NCBI RefSeq assembly: GCF_030684315.1 | Contig: NC_081364.1 | Location: forward strand, 56,276,588-56,340,587 | Source: Stegostoma tigrinum | Lineage: Eukaryota | Reading direction: 5' to 3' | DNA length: 64,000 bases | Shown here: positions 49,938 to 62,200 of the stretch, in pieces | Layout of the letters: each line of letters opens with the position of its first letter | Position numbering within the stretch: position 1 is the first letter of the stretch | Notes under the pieces: generated by a model | Told to the model about the DNA's origin: nothing | Seen by the model: the letters and a program-made list of their open reading frames with translations, nothing else | The model's database searches: none | Position numbers and translations under genes: made by a program

Positions 49938-50094
49938 GTCACTGTTACTAGATGCAGAAGCAATCTGAGGTTAGAAAAGGGAAAATCAACAGCACACAAT
50001 CGTTAAATTTTTGTGGCAACTTTCTCTGAAGTCAGTGGCTGGCACTGTTGCTTTTCTGCTGACTGCAAAATCCAACTTCAACTTAGTTTTGTGT

Positions 50095-50230
50095 ATTCCT
50101 AAGGAGAGTCACTGGACTCAAAATGTTAACTCTGTTTTCTCTCCATGGAGAGATGTACTGAGTTATTCCAGCAATTTTCGTTTTTGTTTCAGACTTGCAA
50201 CATCTACAGTTCCTCCTTTTATTTTGGCTT
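50095..50230 (+). mobile_element. Old Penelope-like family C pseudo-LTR fragment
   Basis: GAGTC ACTG GACTC AAAATGTTAACTCTGTTTTCTCTCCA...CCAGCAATTTTCGTTTTTGTTTCAGA. Confidence 0.65.
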
Positions 50231-50719
50231 TACATATCATCCTTTTTGAAACAGCTGATCTTCCTACATAATCTGCCAAGTGACCATGTCACACCACCAG
50301 GAGGAGTGTTCCTTGTTGATGTTTGATTTTTTTGGCAACATGTGCTAATAAATCTTATCAATCTTTTTTCACCTTGTTATTAATGTTCCATCCTGCGTAA
50401 CACCGCTATCTGCCTGACTCTTTGTCTCTCTTTGTAACGTCTATCTGACTCTCTGTTCCCCTCTGTTTATCTCTTTCTCTCTGTCTCAATATTAAAGCAG
50501 GTAATCTGTAAATAATGAATATCAATTACACCAATGTGGTTCTATTATAGACAGAGACGTTTCATAGGACAGACTATGTTTGTGCCTCAGTGACAGAATG
50601 TAACAAGTTTTGCTTTCTCCATATATTCTCAATTGACAAGGAGAGTAAGAAGATAAAACTAAAGGCTCTGTATCTGAATACACGTGGCAGTTGAAGCAAA
50701 AGAAGTTAAATGAATAGTA

Positions 50720-52835
50720 CAATGAATACTACAGTCTGGCAGCCATTACAGAGACATGGCAGCAAGCTGGCATGGGTTGGCACCTGAATCTTGAAGAGTA
50801 CATGATATTTAGGAATGACAGACCATTCGGAGAATGTGCAGAAGCAACTCTGTTGGTTAATGATGGAATCAGCACAATAGGTAAAGATGACTTAAGTTCT
50901 GGAAATCAGGATGTGCAAACAGTTTAGGCAGAAATCAGGAATGATAAAGGCAAGACACTTGCGCATGTGACATACAGGTCTCCTAACAGAAACTATATGG
51001 TCGGTAGAGCAAAAAGGAGGCAATAATGAGAGATTTTCAGAAAGATGCAACAATAATCCTGGTATATTGTAATCCACAGATCAATTGGAGAAGTCAGATT
51101 GATAAAGGTTATCTAGATGAAGAGTTCATACAACATTCTCAGGGTAGTTTTTTTGGAACACTAGGTTCTGGTACAGACCAGAGAGCAGGCTATACTAGAC
51201 CTGGGTATTGAGGAATAAGACAATAGTAACTAATGATCTCAATGTCAAGGCCACTCTAGGAAGCAGTAACTATAATATGATTGACTTTTACATTCAATCT
51301 GAGCGAGTGAATTTGAGTTCAAAACTATTTTTATAAATTTTAATAAGATAACGAGTGTGTGGAAGCAAAGCTAGCCAAGTTAATTGGCAAATTATGTTAG
51401 AGGATAGGTCAATATAGATGAGGGGGCAGATATTTAAAGGGATATTTCAAAAAACACAGAAGAGTTACATTTGAATGACTTAGGAAAATTCTGTGGTTGA
51501 GTAGAAATATTGACGACAGTATAAAACTGAAGGAAAAGGTATATAATTGCGCGAAGATAGGTAAATTCAGTAAATTGGACGGAATATAAAAAGCAGCAAA
51601 AACTGAGCAAAAATAGAGAGGGAAATATTCAAGTACGCGAGAGAGCTGACCAAAAATATATAAAAAAAGATAGTTAGAGAGTCTATAAATATTCAAAGAA
51701 TAAAAAATTTCCAAACTGAATTTAGTCCTATAGGAAGTAAGACTGAACTAATAATAGAAATAGTCAGGTAATAGTAACAATGAACAAGTATTTTCTTCAG
51801 TCAATCTTCAGTTGTTAGAGGAAATATCCCAGAATCAGCAATAAATCAGGAAATGGAAGAGAAAAGAAGAACTCAGGAAAATCACAATCACCAGAAAAAT
51901 GGTATTGAGTAAATTGTCACTATGAGTTGACAAGTATTTGAGTTCTGCTGGACTTCATCCTAAGGCCCTAAAATAAGTGGCTAGTGAGATAGTTGATGCA
52001 TCGGTTTTAACTTTCCGAAACTCCCTTGATTTGGGGACAGTTCTTAAACAACATAATTCCTTTATTCAAACAAGCCTTCTGGTCTTAGACATGAAGACAG
52101 AAAGCAGGAAGTTACAGTTAACCTAACATCTATCAGAGGGAAAATATCAGAAGCTATTCTTAAAGAAGTCACAATAAGGTACTTGGGTAAGTTCAAGGTA
52201 AAATCAGGCAGATAGTTTTATGAAAGGGAAATTGCAAATGCTGATAAACAAGTTAATCGAAAACCATGTCTGGAATACCAATACCTTGCATGGTATTTGT
52301 CATCATATTCAAAGAAGGATGTTCATATGATTTCATGTGGATTGCCTCATGATAAAGGTTTGAAAAGTTGTAATCACTTGGGTCTGGAAGAGGAAGAAGG
52401 ATTTTGTATGCAACTTGGAGGAACTCAGCAGGCCTGGCAGCATCTATGGAGAGAGAAAAACGGAATTGAGTTTTTGTTTTGAGCCCGAGATCCTGTGGAG
52501 TGTTGTTAGATGGTTAGGGAGAGAAAGACTCTCTTTAAAGATGTTTCACTGTCGAAAAATCAGGATTTTTTTTAGTTAAAGCAGATGAGGTAAATTTATT
52601 TTCCTCACACAGTCACGATTCTTCAGAATTCTCTCCTGAAAAGGTGCTGGAAACAGAGCCCTGGAATATTTTAAAATCAGAGGTAAGTAAATTCTAATTA
52701 AGCAAAGCATTGAAAGATTATTTGGATAGGCAGGAATGCAGGTATGAGGTTATAATCAGTTCAGCTATGATCTATGAATTGTGAAGAAGACTGGAGGAGC
52801 TAAATAATCTGATCCTGCTCCTAATTCATGCGTTC
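50720..52835 (+). mobile_element. Old CR1 ORF2 (AP-endonuclease to RT, internally deleted) and 3'UTR, with a small family C Penelope fragment at about 52410-52490
   Basis: AITETW endonuclease motif near 50740, GSSNYNMIDF (SDH-like) near 51260, GLHPKALK near 51950, and 3'UTR ...TCCTGCTCCTAATTCATGCGTTC. Confidence 0.75.
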
Positions 52836-54136
52836 TTACGCTGGTGAGCATCGCGTCCACCTGTGAGTGATTTTCACTGTTCATTGGAAGTCAACAATTC
52901 CTCAAACCATCCAAATTATGTCCTTTGTGAATTATTCTGAATAGGTCCATTTGGGTTCTTCATGAGTCCACTTTGCTCGGGAGAGAAGCTGCATATCAGC
53001 TGGCACTTTACTACCTTCTGTCATCCAAAACCCTTCAAAGAAAAGGGAGTATGACCACTCAATTAATTTTGAGGCACATATTTAACAAGTGATTGTGAGC
53101 TTGAATCAAAATTAAATAACTTTACTTCAGGTTCAGGTAATGTTCAGCGAATGGCATATGTTTTGCTCAAGTGACCTAAGACTTCAAAATCTAGATCCCA
53201 CGATTAGGTTTTGTAACCCAGTCTAATAATTCTGTAGTTTCTCTCATCTGTGCATAATTTGCCCAAAACAGGCACTGATTTGCAGCCTCAAATCTCACAC
53301 CCAAGCCGCCACTATTCTTTATGGGAACAAGACATTTAAACTTACAGTTCAACTTGTAATTAATTTCTGGAGTCGTGCTGTTATGTATTTAAACTTTGGA
53401 CTTTCAGCATCCAGCTCAGTCCCAGCCATCCACTGGTGCATGTAATCTGCTTTCATAGATGGTCAGCACTGAAATACCAACTTACTTTAAAAAAAATCAC
53501 TTTACAGCTAATGGATCATTTGAGAATTGGGTGACATTTACTCTGAATTGGTTCTCAATAAACAAAAATCTCAACAAGAAGATCTTAAGTAATACACAGT
53601 GAAGATTAACATTTAAAAAGTAAGAATGTAGCAAATTAACCAACTTGTGAGAAATGCACGATTAAGTGATTCTTCAATAAGCCTCATTTACAAAATTCCT
53701 CCTTCACTCTCAGAGTAGCTGCCTCTGTTGAAATGAATAGGAGATGTATTCATCCCCAAGGCAAAATTGTACTGAAAAATATGTCTTAGGTCAACAGATC
53801 CTAATTTGCCCTTGATCGGCAAAAATAACTTATGAAGAGTAAAGCACGAGCTGCAACAGACTATATGAAAGAATGCTCACTAATTTTTGGTAACAGACTT
53901 TTTCACCTTTGTAAAACAGAAGCAGTTCATCACAAGTACCTATCCTAAGCTGGGTATGTAGCGTGGAGACTGGTGGGATGGTCAAAATTGAACGTTAACT
54001 AGGCTGCCTATGCACGATGGTGATTTGGTGCCCCTTCGCCCATGGGATTTTCCTTTTTATTGGCTACTGCCATTATATGCATCCGCAATGATTGAATTTC
54101 ATTCTTGTCTTTTATTTTTAGATATAAATTCGTACT

Positions 54137-54719
54137 TGTTATGGCGCTGTCACTTCAAAAAGGTTATTTTGCCCCTGGTTTCAATTTGAAGAGAGGTTGG
54201 AAAGTCTGAGGTGATGAAGAGTCTATGGAACAACAGTTTAACAAAGGAAGGGGAGTGGCCAGTTCTCCCAATAGAGTATTTTTTCAGGTTTTTTTAGAGC
54301 TAGAATAGTCACAAGATGTTTTGAGCAGCAGGTATGTTGCTAGCTTCAGTAAAGGACTCCTCTGACTTTCTCTGAAATCTCTCTCTGGATATTGTTCCCT
54401 CTGTCTGCAGGAATCTGTTCGGATTTACCTTTTTGACTCGGGGTGTGTCTATGGGTTGTTACTGGACTGGAATGGTTAATTAGTTTAGTTGATGTATTGG
54501 GTCAGTTAGTTTTTTACAATAGTTAAGCTACTCTAAATTCTGCTTTCTTTTGTTCATGTTTCAACTGTAGGGTTTAAATAAATGCTGTTTTGTTTAAAGC
54601 TGAGTGATTTGACCGGTTACATCACATCTGGAATACCCACTCCATATCTCTGCCTTTAAAATAAGAAAACGTTAGGGTCTAGGCTACTATTTTGAGGGGT
54701 TCTGGCCTGGTCGACAACA
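54137..54719 (+). mobile_element. Solo LTR (probably Gypsy-type)
   Basis: TGTT...AACA inverted termini, AATAAA near 54576, and an inverted homologue at 13972-14611. No clear TSD. Confidence 0.6.
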
Positions 54720-55289
54720 TATGTGGAGTATATATATTTGAAAATGAATTATATCTGAAAAAAAGTACAGAATTACAAATTTAAGGAAAAAGAAGGTGGA
54801 TGGGTCTAGACAGTAATTTTTCAGAACTAGCACATGCATGATTGGCTGAATGGCCTCCTGTTTTGTTATGAATCTATAATGAGGCAGATGCTATGCTGTT
54901 TGCAAAGTTCATTCTCCACACCCATTACGTTTGGCAATTAATATGACCTACACTGTTCAGACTTAAGTGTGTCTCTGGGTAATTGAGGCCAGAAATGCTT
55001 TTTTGGCTCATTGTTTGCCACAATAAAACTGAAGAAATAAAAACTGATTTTACTTTAGCAATGGATCACGACATAGAAATAACCAAAATGCAGTTTGTGG
55101 CTCATACTTCCATTACAGAAGCACAAAGAAAATTCTCAGACAGCCAAGGTAATAATACAAAGGCAGAACCAGAATGAAAGGAGAATGTGTATTTAAAGGA
55201 GTAAGAAAATTTAATAAAAGAATTTCATTCCACCATTTAACATGAAATAAGATTTTTCAGAAAAAGTTGTGAAGTTTAGAAAGGAAAGC

Positions 55290-55600
55290 TTTTTATTATT
55301 CATTCAAGGATGCGGGCTTTGCTGGCTAGGTTAGCATTTATCACTGTATCCCTAATTTCCTGGATAATGTGTTGGTGAGCTGTTTTCTTGAACTACTGTA
55401 GTCATTGTATTGTAGGGACACTTATAATGCTGTTCGGAAGGGAGTTCCAGATTTTGACTCCGTGATAGTGAACAGTTGAAGATGTTGGTCCGGGTCAAAA
55501 TGTCAATTACCTTGGAGAGGAACATGTTCCTATGCACTTGCTGCCATTTCCATGAATGGTGGAGTTTGTGAACTTGGAAGGAGTTATTGAAGGAATCTTT
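55290..55600 (-). mobile_element. 3'UTR of the L2/CR1-group LINE seen at 2250-3135
   Basis: ATTCATTCAAGGATGCGGGCTTTGCTGGCTAGG...GGGAGTTCCAGATTTTGAC parallels 2255-2530. Confidence 0.6.
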
Positions 55601-56232
55601 GTATTTTTATGGATGATAACTTTTTATTCTCCTCCACTCACGGTGCTCACGGCCTTCATTTTTATAGAATATTTGCTGGTGCTTTTGATCAAAGCATATG
55701 TTTAAACTTTCAGCCCTGTGGTGATCCACTGGGCTCACATTTCCACTCACAGGCAGAACCTGTCGGCAGCAATACTGAATGAATGGTTCTCAAGGAGCTC
55801 CTGTGAAACCCAGTGAATATCCTGTGACGCTCCTCCTGAGTGGCAGACAAATGCGAGCAGTCGAGAGTGTGCTGCAGCAGTCCGTACATGAAATGCCTTC
55901 ATGCCATTTGATGGGCACAGGAGGAGATTCCTTGAGATGGCTCAGATTGTGGAACGTTGCATTCTTGGGGAGGATTCAGTGTACAGGGACCATGCCAAGC
56001 TCCAGAAACAATCTTCCTTTCTTTACTGGCCAAAGGGCCTGTTTGGGTAATAGTGATAGAAGCTGAATCGCCTATGTGTCTTAAAAATAAAGGGACACTT
56101 GTCTTTACAACAGGATGTAGTTTATTGCATTATACAAATTGGTACTTATATGTTGCTTAGTTAGACAAAATAACTAAGGTGGTGAGGAGCCAGAGACAAC
56201 ATGCGTAACCTCATTGAGATCTGGAGCTGTAC

Positions 56233-57186
56233 TTAAGAACTAAGAGCAGGAGTAGGCCATCACCGCCATTTAATAAGATCATGGCTGATCTTTTTGAGAC
56301 TCAGCTGCACTTACTCGCCCGCTCACCATAACCCTTAATTCCTTTACTGTTCAAAAATTTATCTAACCTTGCCTTAAAAACATTCAGCGAGGTAGCTTCA
56401 ACCACTTCATTGGGCAGGGAATTCCACAGATTCACAACGCTTTGAATGAAGAAGTTCCTTCTGGCTTCTGTCCTACATCTGCTTCCCTTTATTTTGAGGC
56501 GATGCCCTCTAGTCCTGGTTTCACCTGCTAGCAGAAACAACCTCCCTGCCTCTACCTTACCTATTCCCTTCACAATGGTATACGTTTCTATAAGATCTCC
56601 CCTCATTCTTCTGAATTCCAATGAGTATAATCCCAGTCTACTCAGTCTCTCCTCACAATCCAACCCTCTCAACTCTGGAATCAACCGAGTGAATCTCCTC
56701 TGCACCCCTTCCAGCGCTGGTATATCTCTTCTCAAGTAAGGAGACCAAAACTGCACACAGTACCCCAGGTGTGGCCTCACCAGGACGCTATACAACTGCA
56801 GCATAGCCTCCCTGCTTTTTAAACTCCATCCCTCTAGCAATGACAGACAATATTCCATTTGCCTTTTTAATTACCTGCTGCACCTACAATCCTACTTATA
56901 GCAATTCATGCACAAGGACACCCAAGTCCCTCTGCACAGCAGCGTGCTGCAATTTTTTCTACCATTTAAAACATAGTCCATTTTGCTGTTATTCCTACCA
57001 AAATGGATGACCTCACACTTATCAACATTGTACTCCATTTGCCAGATCTTTGTCCACTCACTTAGACTAACTATATCCCTCTGCAGACTTGCAGTGTCTT
57101 CTGCACACTTTGCTCTACCACTCACCTTAGTGTCATCTGCAAATTTTGACACACTACACTTAGTCCCTAATTCCAAATCATCTATG
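56233..57186 (-). mobile_element. Relatively young 5'-truncated CR1 LINE (RT catalytic region to 3' tail)
   Basis: ORFs 56892-57176 (SKFADDTKV...WQMEYNVDKCEVIHFG) and 56301-56858 (LYSVLVRPHLGYCVQFWSPYLRRDI...TRGHRLKI...VVNLWNSLP), separated by frameshifts. Confidence 0.95.
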
Positions 57187-57979
57187 TATCATATCATATC
57201 CTATCATATGTTCTTATGTTCTTAATACATTTGTCCTCAGTGCACTATCCTTATCTGTCACAGCTTGGGTGCTTTTTTCTGTCCAGTTATCTCATAAATA
57301 ATATCCAAGCTGATGTTTCTTAATAAACTTGAAAGTGCATAAAATTACTTGCAAACTGTCTATCTACCTTGGGTACCTGTGACGCTCGAATCCAAACCTT
57401 TACACCCCATTCTATATTTTCCTTCTTTTATAAAGTGTAATTTGTATTTTAATAATTCACCTCTTCTGCCCAAAAGGAACTAATGTCCACACTTAACAAC
57501 TTTACAAAAGAATGACAAACATTTAGAGCAGATGTCTGCCTCTCATGATGTTTTGGAATTAACTCACTGTATTGTATGCACCATGTTTTAGTGACAACTT
57601 AACTGTGGTGATCGAGCCCTTTCAGCTTCAAAGTCCTAACTTAAATACGTGCACTGCAGTTGTCCTGCCTGCCCTTTTTTTATGATGAGGTGGCTAAGTG
57701 AACATTAGTGATTTATATAGCCAGGAAGCGACTAAGCTGAGGTGCAATTTTGATATAATTATCTACAAACAATGAGGTATACATATGCCAGAACTAAACC
57801 TGAAAATTAAAGTGGATACTAAACAGCTGGAAATCCAATGTAATACGTTTCAAGTGTGTATTAAATTTGGCTACATTGACTGGAAAACCTACTATGCTTT
57901 CATAAGGCACAATAAAGATATTGAGGAAGACATTCATGGAGGCACAAATTTGAATCCTTCAATCTAATACTGGACTTGC

Positions 57980-58078
57980 ATGCTCTGATGAGGAGTCATC
58001 TAGACTCAAAACACTAGCTGCTGTCTCTCCATGGATGCTGTCTGACCTGCTGTGATCCCCGACATTTTTGTTTTCATT
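57980..58078 (+). mobile_element. Penelope-like pseudo-LTR fragment with a hammerhead-like motif
   Basis: CTCTGATGA G GAGTC ATCTA GACTC AAAA, followed by CTCTCCATGGATGCTGTCTGACCTGCTG. Confidence 0.65.
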
Positions 58079-58254
58079 GGGCTCCAAGAATTGGGTATAT
58101 TTAGCTGCTTGTACTGATGAGTAAAAATCTTGGGGAAGACAGGCCATTTTGGAGTGAAGAATGAGACCAACATTGGTCAGAGAAACACCAATTTATGACA
58201 CTGCTGTTTTTCTGTAGATAGGCCAAAGCACCTCATCGGCCACTTAAAAATAAA

Positions 58255-58690
58255 AGAAAGTAAGAAGGATTGCATTTACACTGCAGCCTTAAACACCTTC
58301 AAGACATGTGTGTTACAACCAATGAAGTGTTTTGAAAGATAATGACAGCTGGAAATAGGAATCATTGCATTGAACATACATAAGGCAAGATACCACAGAC
58401 AATTTGATAATGCTCAGATAATCAATTTCAGTGATGTTAGTTGAAGGATAACAATTGACCAGCAATCCAGAAGCACTCCGCTGCTCTTTTTCATGGAACG
58501 CTATAGGACCTTTTACAGCTATCCTAAAAGAGAGACAGAGTTCTGCTTTAACATATCATCTGAAATTCAGCATCTTCAACAGTACTGCCTTGTGAATGCC
58601 AGGCTAGATTGTATGCTCAATGCTCTCACTTTAGAGTTATACCTATGACCTTCTAATACAGAAGTGATAGTGCTACAGAGTCACAGTTGA
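58255..58690 (-). mobile_element. Deu-domain SINE (SacSINE1/AmnSINE1-like)
   Basis: Reverse-complement homology to 10295-10705 (CAGATAATC...GTGATGTTAGTTGAAGGATAACAATTGACCAG). tRNA-like head at the right end. Confidence 0.7.
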
Positions 58691-59779
58691 GTAATTCTAA
58701 TCAGATGTACACATGACCTTGAAAATCCCCACCTCGTAATTTACCAATCTGATTGTGGAAAACAGCACAAATCCCATTCTATTGCTTAACCTCAAGAATA
58801 TATCTCCCTGTTAGAGTGAAACATATTCAAGAATCAATGAGGCATTTTGCCTTTGATCCCAACTAAACTCATTTCATTCGCTAATTAATTCAAATTTGCG
58901 TGTTTGTTTATAAAGCTTTTTTTAAATGTTGCAGAAAGCATTTGTTTTATCAAATGCAATTTAGAAAAAATTACCCTTCAGTAAATTACCAACAAAAATA
59001 AATAACAAAACTTAATGAATAACATTAAAGCAAATTGAAATCCTCAGAGGAAGATACATATTTGCATTCTTCTCGAAAAGGCTCTGATTAATGAAGTGCT
59101 ACTCACTTCATTTCACATTCCAGTACTGCCACTGTGAAACTTTGATTGACAAAATTTATAATTAAAATATTTAAAAGACAAAAGAAAACTTGCACTTTGA
59201 TTATCCTCTGCTGAAAACCCATAATGGCAAAGCCAATGTGTGATGACTGGAGATTGTTTCATTCTGCTCAAAGATTTTGTCAATGCTTTATATTTGTTGT
59301 CACATTCCCCTGCCCTTTCAACAGAGGCAGGAACATCCTAAGGTTTGATTTATGGACTGGCCCAGAAATTAGTTTGGCATTTGACGTTCTTTTGCGCAAT
59401 TGGCGAAGGCGTGTCTGGAATGGAGCAATGCTTGATGTTGTCCCTCTGGGGGTTAAACGAGTAGCTGAGACAGTCACACAGATCCAATATTTTGCATCAC
59501 TAGAGCGATGAGCTGGCCTCACCAGATGCTGCCAGGCCAACTCATGCATCTTATTTAAATAAGCCATCTGCAGTAGTTTAAGCCTCACACTGTGAGGATG
59601 CTGGAGGTAGTTTCTGATTACAAATGGGGAGTAGGCAGCCCTATTCAAAATTACAGACTCATGGCCAACCACAATAAAATCATAACGTAGGGGACTTCAG
59701 AATGGTGAACAGTTCTTAAAAGGAGATAAAATGATGCCAACCTTTGCCCTGCTTGTATTAACACAGAAACAGGGGCTGG

Positions 59780-60435
59780 GTTGCGCATGTTCTGTTATTC
59801 AACGAGATCCTTGTTGATCTATGCTTCAACTTAATTTACCTTCCTTTAATTCTTTTCCCCCAATATCTTTAACAAAGGAAAATGTATGTCAATTTTAATC
59901 GTGGTAATTTCAATCGATCCAGCATCCTCTCTCTTCTTGAAGAGGGAATGGCAACTTTCAGCACATTTTAAACAAAAGACTGTTTCCAGATTTCACTCTT
60001 AACTGGTTTCACTTGAATTTTAATGTTTGGTCCTCTTGTTCAGAATCTCTTCCAACAAAGGAAATAGCTTCCCTGGGCCTACCCATATCAACACTTAAGG
60101 CCATTTAAACATCTAGATCACCAGCTGTCAATCTGCCACAGTCAAGGAAACAAAACCCAAATTATTGTTCTGTCGAAGTTAAGTCCTGCTGTCATTTTGG
60201 TAGATCTGTGCAATTTCTCCCCAAGACCAAGATGTCCTTCTGGATCATGATACTGAGTCTGAGCAAGGCTGTGTACAACTGAAGCATACCATCTTCTGTT
60301 TTGAAATCCAGACTCTGTAAAACCAGCATCCCCTGTGTTCTTGTGGCTAGAATCGATGATTTTCAGCACATTTTAAATGGAAGATTTCACTCCTGACTGC
60401 TGTCACTTGAATTTCAATGTTGTATCCTCTTGTAT
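59780..60435 (-). mobile_element. Old CR1 3' region, present as two tandem partial copies
   Basis: TTCAGCACATTTTAAA...AGATTTCACTC...TCACTTGAATT..AATGTT...TCCTCTTGT occurs at about 59957-60040 and 60362-60433. Confidence 0.55.
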
Positions 60436-60451
60436 AAAAGCTCCAAAAAAT

Positions 60452-60765
60452 GGGTGGCATGGTGGCTCACAGTACAACGGGCTGGGGTGCAATCCCAGCC
60501 TTGGGCGACTGTGTGTGTGGAGTTTGCATATTCTCTCTGTGTCTGTGTGGGTTTCTTCCAGGTCCTCCAGTTTCCTCCCACAGCCCAAAGATGTGCAGGT
60601 TAGGTAGATTGACCTTCCTAAGTTTCCTCATATTGTGCAGGCTAGGTGGATTTGCTCTGGGAAATATAGGGTGGGGGATGAGGCTCAGGGTGAGATAATC
60701 TTTGGATATTCAGTGTGCATTTGATGGGCTGAATGGCTTGGTTCCACACTGTAGGGATCCTACGA
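60452..60765 (+). mobile_element. HE1/V-SINE-type SINE
   Basis: GGGTGGCATGGTGGCTCA head, CGACTGTGTGTGTGGAGTTTGCATATTCTC, CCCAAAGATGTGCAGGTTAGGT, and tail CCACACTGTAGGGATCC. Confidence 0.88.
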
Positions 60766-61199
60766 CTTATAAAACCAAAAGCAACATTTCAATATGCTTT
60801 CCTCTCATTTTGTTGTGTTGTATGGGCTGGGAGGGAAGACACAGCTTGTAAAACAGAAACTTCAGAATATCCATCAGGGACTGGATCAATCCTGACTCCT
60901 TTTTTAAGAGTGGGTGATGTTAGCTCACTGTTGGGTGACCTGGATTCCCCTGTTTGTTGCTGGAGAGCTATCCTTCAAGGCATGACAGTTCTAGAATATC
61001 TACCGGGTCCCTGCTCATTCTGAATTCAATGTAGGATATCAGGGATAACCCACCTGAGGACACGAGCTGTTCCTGTGAAGATGGGAGCAGTGTATATAGA
61101 GGTCAATTATTGACTCTGCCGGAATGGTTCAGAGCCAGAGTGCTTCCAAAAAAAAACTGCTAACATTGGAACATACAGTTTTTTTTTAAATGAATAGCA

Positions 61200-62200
61200 G
61201 AAACTTTGACCAAAGAAGTCAATAATGCTTTACCTCTCTCTCTGTTTCTTTTTACAACACAATTGGCCAGGGAGAAGCCAGACAGACCAGGAGGTTCCAT
61301 TTTCATCACTATGGATGAGGGGGAAGTGGAGAGCACCAGGATGTGTGACCGAGGAGTACTCAGAAATGCCAGGATAGGCATCCATGTTGGAGATGGTGAT
61401 TGGGGTACTTAAGGGGGGATCCAGCAGCAATGGGAAGCACCACGGAGGTTTCTGCTCCCTCATGTCAGGGTAACTCTTATGATGACACAGTCACCTTGAC
61501 GGCTTTTTAAGCACAGTTAGATAGGGCGGCCCTGGGTGATGAGCATAGTGGGAGTTCCACAGGAAATGCCAAAGGTGGAGGACAGACTCAGTCAAGCTCA
61601 GTTGGGCACAGATCATGAGTCACAGTAAAGAAGGCTCGACCTTAACCAGTAGTAGCAGATGTTCTCACATGTCAAAACACCCTCAGGCAGTGTGTGGTCA
61701 TAGATTGACAGTAGAGGTGTCCATCCTGCTTTGTGTAAAATGTTGGTGCAAGGTTTTGACAGTGTAGTCCTTATGGAGAACTATATGAGACAGTATCTGG
61801 AGTGCATGCAGGAGTTCACAGAATCTATGCCACTCAGTGTAACCTTGACTGGTCAGTCATGCTGATGATGGATAACCTTCAGGAGAGGATCACCCTCCCC
61901 AGCCTTCTGGAACATTAGCCAAGGACTGAAACAGTCATAGCTGAAGGTGTCACCTTTCCTGAGGACACCAACACGATCATTCGTTTCCTCCTGGCCCCTC
62001 TGACTGAGTGACCATTGGTATAGCAGAGGCTTTTGTTGGAAACTGTCCCTGCAATAACATCAGTGCAGCAGGGCGCATAGCTGCCCTCAGTGCCATCTTC
62101 ACAATGAGAAGGGATGTGCTGGGCACCAGAGACAAGTAAGCTGGCTACTCCCACTGACGTCACGACTACTCGATTTAAAGAAAAGTAGACGCCAATTTGT
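61200..62200 (+). mobile_element. Probable Harbinger Myb/SANT accessory gene remnant
   Basis: CACAATTGGCCAGGGAGAAGCCAGACAGACCAGGAGG resembles the HNxRERxxTGGG block after the Myb/SANT domain, followed by degenerate coiled-coil-like sequence. Confidence 0.35.

Noticed and set aside
55752-56066. GC-richer segment with open frames on both strands and a minus-strand GTGAGT donor
   Set aside because: No recognisable protein in any frame and no convincing paired splice sites, so it cannot be supported as an exon.
56301-56858. 185-aa ORF as a host gene
   Set aside because: It is the CR1 reverse-transcriptase C-terminus of a 5'-truncated, frameshifted copy.
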